Source of the DNA: Macrostomum lignano | Lineage: Eukaryota | Direction of reading: 5' to 3' | Assembly (NCBI GenBank): GCA_002269645.1 | Contig: NIVC01001989.1 | Span: forward strand, 124,001-188,000 | DNA: 64,000 bases | In this document: in pieces, positions 1 to 10,017 of the stretch | Layout of the letters: every line of letters starts with the position of its first letter | Numbering within the stretch: the first letter of the stretch is position 1 | Notes under the pieces: model-generated | Told to the model about the DNA's origin: nothing | Seen by the model: the letters and a program-made list of their open reading frames with translations, nothing else | Database searches by the model: none | Made by a program: the position numbers and the translations under genes

Positions 1-36
1 GAGCGAGCAGACTAAATAAGAAGTCGGACGATCAAA

Positions 37-1198
37 ATGTCGGCCATGCGCCACCTGCCCGACCCACCGGAGTACCTGGACCCACTGAGTGACTTAGACG
101 GCAGTCACTATTATGCTGTGCCGAAATTTTTCAGCTACAATCATCCCAACACTCGATGGCTAATGAGCATGCTGGTTCACAATCGCATCGAAGGCATAAT
201 TCGCAAAATGGAGCTAACGCCAGCACTGTTTAACAACGCTTATTATCAACTGGCAGACGATCCCAGACTCTACCATGGACCGCATAGCAACCAACCACCC
301 GTGTTTCACAAACAGGCTGTACTTTACTTCACTACTCTGGCCGCTGCTATCTATCTGTGCGAGGTGAGCTATCTGAGATAGGTACTACTGGAGTGACTGT
401 AGATTAAGGAACTATCGCTGTGACCAAATAGAGCAACGTACCAGTAGGCACACGAAATCCACAGAATTGTTATAAATTTGGTTTCAACTCTTTGCAGTCA
501 ATTTTTTTTTATTCAATCGCTTTAAGCCGAGAAAGTAGAAAGAGCGTATTTTATTTTCGCAAATTTATGTACATTAGAATATAAATCGTATAGCTTAATT
601 GATGACAGACACCGCAAGAATGAATCGCAAAAATTCGCAGGACGAACACTGCGTAGATTCTCTGCTTAATTACCGAGACACCTACAAGGAGCCAATGTAC
701 AGTGCAAACTCTGTACAGTACGCAACCCACGTGCAGAGTCCACAGACTGGCGATTTGCACGCATTCCCAGTCTACGTGATAATGCTACGCTGTTGCAAGT
801 TTAACTGCGCTCTGGCACTGCTGCGCCACGGTTGGGCGGCTACTCAACCCCTGGCTATGCCGCTAAGGCGACTGCGCGAGAGACGAATCCTGCGCGTGGC
901 CGACTGGCTGGACTACGCGCTGCTGCTGCTGACCGAGCGGCCCACTTATCCTCTGCCAGCGCTGGCCGCTGCCATGGCCCGCGACCCAATGCTGTGGCCT
1001 CGCGGTCGTCTGCCGATTTCGCAACTATTGAGCGGTAATGTACCTGGCGAAGATGCTGCACAGCACCGCGAGCTGATATTAGACGCTGACGATTTGATAT
1101 TGGTGCCGGAGAATCGACAGCAGCAGCCAACAATTCTAGGAGCTAGAACTCTGGCTGAGCTAGTTAAGGACTACGGCAGATACCAGCGAGCCAAGTAG
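37..1198 (+). CDS. Putative 2-exon ankyrin-repeat-like protein, join(37..363,641..1198)
   Basis: Donor GAG|GTGAGC at 363/364 and in-frame phase-0 acceptor TTCGCAG|GAC at 640/641. The joined peptide TTLAAAIYLCE|DEHCVDSLLNY and the later CKFNCALALLRHG resemble ankyrin-repeat helices. Family call is by eye only. Confidence 0.45.
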
Positions 1199-1627
1199 GA
1201 ATCCTTTGTTTATTCGATTGCTCGCATATTAGCTGAACAATTTTACGTAGACCTCTTTGAAATTTAGAGCGAAGTTGCTTTACTCTCAGGCTGGTCCTTA
1301 AGCCGGGTCAGTTAGTTTAAAGAATTAATTTTAAAAGACAGCAAAACTCAATATAGAAGACGCAAAAAAATATGAGAAAACTTTGATTTAAGCTGGTTTT
1401 GACAGAAAACTTGGAAATAAATCAGGACGCTAGCTTTTATTTTCGATATTTATTTTCTGTAGTTTACGATCAGCGAACTTTTCGTAAACTACAGAGTTAG
1501 TATTGGAACTATTCGAGCTAAAATTTACCCTTAACTATTGTCGAAAAACCAGAAGCGTTACAGCCTTCTACTAGCCTCAAGCAGCCGTTTGCATACTGAA
1601 GACGATCATTCTCATTTCTGATTGCAG

Positions 1628-2975
1628 ACAGCTGTGCTTAGAAGCGCGCGCTCAGCTTCGTCGCGGCCGCGCGCAAGGCATTGAGCCGGAGCATCTGCTG
1701 GCGCAGAGCCTGGACTACAGCGCCGCATACCGAAGGCCGGTGCCCCGACCTGTTGAATCACCAATCCTTGAATTTGCGCTTGGCAACACCGAAGCCAAGG
1801 GCAGTTGCTGCAACACGGGCAGTAACAACAGCGCCAGGAAGTCGTCCAGCTTAACAGCAGCTGACGAAGAGCAGTCTGGCAACTACGCTTCAGATCCGGT
1901 GCGCATCCTGCACCATGCGCTGGAGCGGGACAGGCAGGGAAAAAGTGGCCGACAATGCTCCGAAGCTGCCGATGTGTACATCAAACGTGGCTACTTCATG
2001 ACAGAGCAGCCGCTGGCAACAGAAAGCCCGCAGCTTCGAGACGCGCGCAACGCAGTGGTGCTGCTGATGAACCTGGCTCATAGAGAGCTGGACCTGATGG
2101 ACCAGTGCAAGAGCCCAAGCCGTCGTGGTGCCTATCAGAGAAACGCGGCTAAACTATTGCAAATGTCTACAATGATTCTGCTGCACAGCAAGGAATTCGC
2201 AACATTCGCTCGGAACGAAGCTAGACCAACATATCAACTAGTAAGGGAGATAGATTTTCCATTTACAACTGGCTTAATTGAGCGACTGCCAGACATTCGA
2301 CTAAGCGTAGCTCGAGAATTCAATGTCGACCCGGTGGAATCGAGTCGCTATTTAACGGTAGACCAAATGCAAGACCTGCTGTACGCGGCGGAAAAGGGAA
2401 GTAGTCCGACTGCTGCTGCTCTGAGACTAAAGCTTAGACTTGGCCAGCCGCCAAGGTTCTCCCAGGGCCAGCTGGTTCAGTCTGAGCAAGTGACTGACGG
2501 TGATAGCGACACAGAAGATCGTGTTAAGACTAGAAAGGAAAAGAAAAGAACAAGGTGCGGACGGAATAGGAATTATTACAGTCCGAGCTTCAGTGACAAC
2601 AGCAACTGGATTCTAACGCCGATGCGGTCACCCAGGATCAGCTTCGTCCGCGTGGTTAACCGGAAGACAACAGCCAGGCGACAGCAGCAGCTGACTGGGG
2701 TCAAGCCAAACTCTACTGGAGAACCAGTGGACACTGCGAAGCAATCGAACAATGAAACAAATGAACCAGCGCTGCTGCAAGATGAGCAACCAATGACCCA
2801 ATTGGAAACCATTGACCAGGCTAATTCATCGGATCCAATGCCAGCAGACTGTTCAGACGATTTGGCCAAGGACCAATTAGCTGAGAAGAAGCCGTCAAGG
2901 CCCCATCGTCTACGCTGGCTGACAAGATTTGGACAGAGAGTGCGGCGCTGCCTACAGCGATTGTGGCCGCACTAG
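1628..2975 (+). CDS. Long single exon or ORF of unknown function (helical N-half, low-complexity C-half)
   Basis: Frame open from about 1575 to the stop at 2975. Polypyrimidine-AG acceptor ends at 1627; first ATG at 1998. No family recognised. Confidence 0.4.
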
Positions 2976-3299
2976 CAGCTTCGCGGACCGGCGCAAGATA
3001 TACGCGTACTTTAAATATATATTCCATAACAACCGCTTTTTAAGCCAACAGCTCGCTCCGAACTAGCATCAGTTAGCATCATACTTTCCGGTGTCGTGAG
3101 AAAGAGAAGTAATAAAACAGTATTTTCTTAGTTTTAGATATCTATGCTAGCACAGAAGCAGCAAGCAATTGTCAAAAGTTGACATTCTATATTTCATTTG
3201 ATTTTATTGCGATAAACAGTGCAGCCCATTTATCAACTTCAAATTCTCGAATTCATTTTCAGGCCAGTTGTGATTGGTTGACTCAATCTTGCTTAATAA

Positions 3300-3614
3300 G
3301 TATAATAAAAATAATAATACTTGATTGCAACTGCCCTATTAATGTGCAGAAGTGCAACCGACAGCTCAGCCGCAGCTACCGGTTGCGCGGCGCATCTGAA
3401 GGCTGCGTACGGCTGTTCAGTTCAAGGACTGGGGGGTCGCCACACACCCCAGCTACCCCAGCTAATGCTGAGTGCCCATTTTACAGCTGGATGAACTGAA
3501 GCAATGCATAGTTAAGCGTCTTGCTCAAGGACACAAATTGTTTCAGTGGGATTGGGAATCGAACCCCCGACCTTCAAGTCATGCGTCCGACGCTTTAACC
3601 ACTAGGCTACAACC
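3300..3614 (-). mobile_element. tRNA-derived CORE-type SINE
   Basis: Minus strand reads GGTTGTAGCCTAGTGGTTAAAGCG (A box), GGTTCGATTCCC (B box), then TGTGTCCTTGAGCAAGACGCTTAAC...CAGCTGTAAAATGGG, which matches the MIR/CORE-SINE core, and ends in a TATT-type tail. Confidence 0.7.
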
Positions 3615-3927
3615 ATATTTGTTCAGACCCATTTTAAAATTGATTTAAACAATGTAACACGCAGAGCTACTAGCGATAATGTGAACCGGCCTTAAGTTTC
3701 GTCCTTGTTTTTTTATGAAAGATCATACAGTATTTTTCAGCATTGATATACGAGTATTTAGGTGTTATGAAAGCAACCCAAAAACTAACTAAATTAACTA
3801 CCGAGTGGCGTAAGTAGGATATTTCTTTGGCATCCTTTTTGCCTTAAAAAACACAATAAAATGCGCAAAAAAAGAAAATATAGTAATTCTAGACTGTAGA
3901 GCCTGATGTTTGGACTAAAGCACTTAC

Positions 3928-6900
3928 TTCGCACAGTTGCAGCTGCAGCAGGTGCCTCTCCCGGTCGGAGCCGTCGCTGGCCTGCAAATGGCAAAAACGG
4001 AAATCATGCGCCCGCTGTATAAGGGCCGTATACAGCTAATCGTAAATAGTTGTGCTACAAGCCCAGTTAGAAGGCGAAGTGGTTTGTGGGACCTTAGTTT
4101 AGGAAACCATGTGACAAATTATATATTACCTGCCAAGTTGCGGGCGTTAGAAAATGCAGTATTTACAGTGTCTATTAATTTTGCTAACTGACAAGAAAAT
4201 GCTTTAGAGTATCTGGATGCGTATTTGAATTGAAGCGATCCTAAGCGTGTTACTTACCTCAACAGGTAGCACTTCAAGCCTTGAGTCTCTGGCAGACTGC
4301 AGTCTCTCTTTCCTAGATTTCTCCACCCTAGTCTCGTAGTCTTTGAGAGCCTTGTCGACACCTTTGCGCAAGTCGACTTTGAGCTCGGTGTTAACGAACG
4401 AGTCCAGTGGGTTGTACATCACAGCTGACAGACTCTGCATCTTTAGACAGGTGGGCGCATTTGACTAATCAATTTTGAATAACAATATCAAAAAAGAGAA
4501 AAGAGCATTTTCTGATTTTGATTTGCAACAAATCGACCGCATTCTTGGTACACAATTTCCATTTTTTGTAACAGAAATAACAAAATGGCATCCCGTATTT
4601 CTCCTGTCAATGCATGATAAAATTCACCAAGTCTTAAATGACCAGAAAGACGTACAAAGGCACACGCTCACACAGGATGACCGATTTGGCGGCCAACCAA
4701 GGAAGTCGCAAAAATGCCCACCCGAAAAATACCAAAGTAGTAGTACTAAGTAGCTGACGAGGCATTTTGACTTAATAAAACAGTCATAGTTACTCCTGCC
4801 GTTTACCCAAAGTTGCGTTAATTTTGCGCTAGGGTTTTTTGCATGTAAGTCGCATTTTTGGCCAAAAACTACGCCGCATTTTTGTTAAAACAAGTCGCAT
4901 GGCCGACCGAATTTAGGAGGTTGCGCATGTATGACAGTGACAGTCACTTTTTATTTACCAGGCATGTATGCAACATGCATAAGCCTCAGGCCAGATTACT
5001 GAGCACAAACCACAGATTTCATAAAAGTGCTTATGCTGACAAATTGATAGTTAGCAGAATGAAAAATTTGCTCTACTTACTAAATTGCCCAGCAAAGCGT
5101 TGACTTCGCTGAATGCAACGGAGAATTTTGACAGCGCTGCACCAACAGCACCAAGTCCACCTTTCAGCGCATTGTTGCTCAAATTGTCCAGCAGGCTGGA
5201 CAGATCGGCCTCGCACTGCTGATGAGCTGATGGTGTGTATTGGAGATTTTATGTAGTGCAAGGAGCTACAGAGGATCAGCCTAAAAATAATAATGGGAAA
5301 CGATTGCTCACCCCTTCCAGAATTGAGCAGCTCCTTGATTGCCTTTCTCACATGTTTAACAGCTGTTTTGTCTTGCTCTAAGTCCTAAACAAGGAATTTT
5401 GGGAATGTTTAATTAATAATTCGCAAACTGAAAGGACAAAAGCAACTTAGACAAGTATAATTAAAAGGTAAAAACAATCTGAGCTTGTAGATTGCATTAT
5501 AAGTTAAAAGTAAAAAATGAGCCTTCTAGCTATTTTTAGCATAGTTGAAACTATTGATTTTAATTACTAAACATTAGCATTTATTATTTCAATTTTTCCT
5601 TCTGCTTTCATTGATTTTAACTGAAAAAATATCCCTAATATACATATATTGGAGTCCTATATACTAAAATCCTGTATACTAAAAATGGGTTGTTAGCATA
5701 TGTATGTGTGTGTGAACTGCTTTGGTATCATCAATAAAAATGATGCTCAGATAAAGAGCTTATAGTCATTCATTTAGAATAGATATGACTAATAGATAAG
5801 AAATGACTATTTCTATTGTACATGTATATCTTATATAGGCACAACTGCTAGGCGACCTAGTTGATCTGGCTAGTTAAATTGTAGTATACTAGGACTATGT
5901 CATAAAATTAACCTTTAGTAGGCCATATGATATTTTTTATGATTTTAGGTAAAATTTGATAACAAATAAAAGAATTTTCTCTTTTTTATAAGTTAAAAAC
6001 TAAATTAAATATTCAGTCATAGCTAAATCCTGATTGCAGCGCATGGGCATTTTGGCGGACGGCGTCCGGCGCGGATCTAATACAGCGCGGCGCGGCGCGT
6101 ACGGCGAGCAGCGATTAGTACGGCGCGGCGCGGTACTAATTAGATGCCGAGGCATTTACGCTTGATAAGACAGTCATAGTTACTCCTGCCGTTTACCCAA
6201 AACTGCGTTAATTTTGCTTTAGGGTTTCTTTCACAGGTAAGTCATTTCACAGCGTGGCGCAGGTTGTGTAGGCGTCTGGCGTACTTAAGCCATGCGCTGC
6301 AATAGGGAGCTAAATTACATAGCAAGTGTAATTTTAGAGATGACTCTAAGACTATTATTTGTGTGATACAGATGCTATAGCATCTTGACTTTTACAATTG
6401 CATTCTCAAATTAGACCTTGGATGTGATTTTGCATCTTAGTACCAGCAAAAACCTAGGCTAGGTTTCTTATGCAATAGGGATACTATTTAATATCTTGAT
6501 TTTCCAAATTGCATCCTGAAATTGGAATTTTAGATGTAAAGACCTTAGAGATTTAGTATATTGTGATTTTGCATCTTAAAGAGGCTATTATAATATCAAT
6601 TACTAAATTTCCAGCACTTCTAGCACTTTTAGTACCAAAAGTTACTTTTTTGAAGCAGCACTTTTTCTGGTTCTTTTTTGTAGGCCCTAGAATACTAGAG
6701 TTATGTAATAAAAGTTACTTTTTGATAAGTCTAGTACCTCCAATACTTAAAAATGAAATTTTAAATGCCAAACTACCAATTTAGCACTGAATCTTTCTTA
6801 AAAGTTCTTAATAGGCCTACACAGAAAATGTACATATAATTTAAAGAAATAAAAAATGAATGAAATATTGCAAATCAATAACTCTTACACTTACAGCATA

Positions 6901-7038
6901 TGATGATTCAACAGATTTTCTCAGCTGTGATAGGCCTACTCTTTGTGTAAAAGAAGTATTGGAATTTGTACCATGAAGATCCTCATTGACAAAGCCAATG
7001 ACATCAGCAACAACTTCTGAGAACTTCTCGTTCAACAT
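3928..7038 (-). CDS. asap: ASAP-like ArfGAP, N-terminal BAR region only; exons 6895..7038, 5081..5280, 4258..4440, 3928..3981; apparent frameshift in exon 2
   Basis: Peptides EDLHGTNSNTSFTQR, GAALSKFSVAFSEVNALLGNL, MQSLSAVMYNPLDSF...DLRKGVDKALKDYETR and DRERHLLQLQLCE align colinearly with the ASAP1/2 BAR region (EDYNSPTTSSFTTR, GTAFVKFS..KELSTLLKNL, DLKKPFDKAWKDYETK, EKERRLFQLQMCE). All four donors are GTAAGT. No further exon recognised in the window. Confidence 0.75.
4745..4851 (-). other. Dispersed element containing a 28S rRNA H69-H71-like fragment (copy 1)
   Basis: Minus strand GGGTAAACGGCAGGAGTAACTATGACT-GTTTTATTAAGTCA-AAATGCCTCGTCAGCTACTTAGT. Homology with copy 2 runs about 105 bp. Confidence 0.7.
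6033..6303. mobile_element. MITE-like element with perfect 14-bp TIRs, carrying a 28S rRNA H69-H71-like fragment (copy 2, about 6134..6198, minus)
   Basis: ATTGCAGCGCATGG (6033-6046) and CCATGCGCTGCAAT (6290-6303). Internal hairpin ATTAGTAC/GTACTAAT (6114-6140). Ungapped 53/64 match to the 28S sequence around the R2 site as I recall it. Confidence 0.65.
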
Positions 7039-8730
7039 TCACGGTTGTAGAAACAGAACTTCGGTTTTCTATTACTAAAGTAAAAGTTACAAAAATACTA
7101 AAATTTACAAACACACGAATTAAATTCCATAGGTGTAAATTTATACCGAGCCATTTTATCTAAATAAAGCGGAATCACCAACTTAGGCCGAACAATCAGC
7201 CTAGAAATATAATTTCTAAACTAATTAAAACAGTAGTATACTAGTATATTAGTGACGTCTGACGTGCTAAACATAAAAAATAGGGCTGTAGTAATATTTT
7301 TTTAGTTCAGAATAAGTAGTTGATTTATTCTTTATAAAACTAGGGCCTAAACTTTAATAAACGGAGACACAGGTGGACAAGGGCATAAACATCACTGGTA
7401 CGTTATCACTTTCAGCCGGCGAAACCAAGCCAGGTAATTGGTTTCCTCGAATAGGCCATATTGAAAAAAGATTCAAAATGACTATCTGTATAACACAACA
7501 ATGACTTTTTCAGCGAAATATTATTAGTAAGCACTACAGCAACAAGAGCTTCGAATAAAAGCTATGCTTTACAAACACTTGTGCCTTTACCGAAACATTT
7601 TTATTTATGTGTACTATTTCGTAGGCCTACTCACTAAATTTTAAAGGCGATAGTTTCATGCCTTATTGGCAGATCGATCATGCCGGGTGGACCCGCATAG
7701 AAAATGCGAAGCCTATTCCTACGCTATATAACATTATCTAATTTAGTTTCGCTACTTCAGCATTTTCGAATTTTTAGTTGTTTAAGCAATAATACAAAAT
7801 AATATGATATAAAGGTATCCTGCAGAATCGTTCGTTAAATTTACTGCATGCACATTTTTAGCTATTGACATGAAACTTTCTAAACATGAATATTTTCATT
7901 ATGCCTGCTCCTATGATTACTATGATCACTATGTAAAAACCAAAATATGAATGACCAGGGCCCATACACTACAGATACAGATCATACATAAAGCATACTG
8001 TATACATGGCTTAATTGGCCTAAATTTAATTAAGGGATTCGATTTGTTGGTCTTTGATTTGGCACATTTAGTGTATTGCATGATGACAAATTGACAATGT
8101 ATGTATGAAATGGCATTGAAACCCAAGTCTATATAATAGAAATTTAACATTTGTATAGAGACATATATCATAGCATTAGCATAGTTAATATATATCACAT
8201 AGTCTAGACTCTATATTATTCTAGTTTTTAGCAAAAACCATTATTTTTTAAATACTTATCAAAAATTTTATTTTAGAAATTATCTATTATTATCTATATA
8301 TGATGTCATGATATATTATATATTTCATATTACATTGGCTTATATAAATAATCTCATATATTAATATATCTTCATTTATACAATATATTTAGTCTATTAA
8401 GATCTTAGTGATTTACTATATTGTGATTACATAATATGTATAAAAGTCTTTTTCAAAAGAAACAAGCAAAACTTCAATTTAAACACTTTAAGAAATCTCA
8501 GCTCTTGTGGAAATTCAATTCAAACAAAGTCCCTTTCTATTGAAACAAATGAAGTTCAATTTAGATTGTCCATGGCAAAAATTGTTTTTAAGTGACATTC
8601 ATGAGCAGATTAGAAATTCAAAAGAAACAAAGTTATTTTCTATTTCAACAGATTCTTAAAAGTTATTCTAGTTTTGTTTTCACTTTCACTGTGCTACATA
8701 ATTATACAATTGTTGTATACTAAGAATTGC

Positions 8731-9264
8731 CTCTACAGCTAGCACCCCTCTATAGCTGGTGCCCTCTCTGTAGCTGGTGCCCCCTCTGTAGCTGGCGCCC
8801 TCTCTGTAGCTGGCGCCCTCTCTGTAGCTGGTGCCCCCTCTGTAGCTGGCACCTCTGTAGCTGGCGCCCCCTCTGTAGCTGGTGCCCCCCTTTCTGTAGC
8901 AGATGCCCCTCTTCTGTAGCTTTTGCCCCTCCTCTGTAGCTGGTGCCTCCTCTTTAACTGGCACCCTTCCTGTAGCTGGTGCCCCCTCTGTAGCTGGCGC
9001 CTCTTTAACTGGCACCCTTCCTGTAGCTGGTGCCCCCTCTGTAGCTGGTGCCCCCTCTGTAGCTGGCGCCTCCTCTTTAACTGGCACCCTTCCTGTAGCT
9101 GGTGCCCCCTCTGTAGCTGGTGCCCCCTCTGTAGCTGGCGCCTCCTCTTTAACTGGCACCCTTCCTGTAGCTGGTGCCCCCTCTGTAGCTGGTGCCCCCT
9201 CTGTAGCTGGCGCCTCCTCTTTAACTGGCACCCTTCCTGTAGCTGGCACCCCTTCTGTAGCTGG
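8731..9264. repeat. Minisatellite, about 18-bp unit (GTAGCTGGTGCCCCCTCT) with longer composite units
   Basis: Direct tandem repeats between the divergently oriented ASAP-like and POGLUT genes. Confidence 0.9.
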
Positions 9265-10017
9265 ATTAATCATAATTTATAGAGAAATTTTATCAATTCA
9301 GTTTTACCCTTTGATTACTGTCAGACTTCATTCAGTTTATCAAACTATCACCAATGTATCAGTGGTTTGAAAATTAGTCTATTGATTATACAGGAAAAGT
9401 TTGCGATCGCTATTCAACAGAAACTACTTACGAACCAGAATTTTTACTCTTACACATATCTCTATGACTTTTTAAAGTAGAATCTTAATCTATCTTAAAA
9501 GATTACACTGTATAACACGACGAGTACCTTAATTTGCAACTATTTCCTATGAATTACGTATGTTGTCGTACCTATTTGCATTCAATGTGTGGGGGCAAGA
9601 TTTCTACTTTAATAAGTAGCTAGTGACAAGGCCATCCTTGGTTCCAAGACATTCTACGCATGACCTAGGCCACAGGTGCGACAAATCCTGCTCTCAGAAA
9701 TAAAAGCAGAAAGAAACTAATTGTCTTCGATGCAAATTCTGAATTAGTTACAGAAATTCTGCTTCGCACAGCCAGCAGCAACGGGAGCTGCGAGGGCGCC
9801 GGCTGCCCCTAAATCTCTTCCTTCATTCACTACTCTGTGCGGTGATTAAATTAATCCGCTGAGTACCGAAGGCGGCAGAGAAGGAAATTTTTGGGGCTGG
9901 CTTGGAAGCGACAGCTGGCGGTGCTCTATAGCGTGTTGCAGCCATTCTTAAGGCTTAAATCTATCCGATCCACTTGCTGCCCTGGCTTTGCGATCTCCCT
10001 GTCGTTTTCCTATTGCA

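Noticed and set aside
3180-3310. YLLSKIES... as the next ASAP exon
   Set aside because: No AG acceptor, overlaps the SINE tail, and poor similarity beyond three residues.
4745-6198. Functional 28S rRNA gene or antisense snoRNA
   Set aside because: Only about 64 nt match, with no flanking rDNA. The match is too long and colinear for a snoRNA guide, there are no C/D or H/ACA boxes, and the host-strand orientation is sense to rRNA.
8686-9370. Pro/Ala/Glu-rich repeat ORFs resembling a mucin or surface protein
   Set aside because: Open in several frames with no signal peptide or unique domain; a minisatellite explains them.
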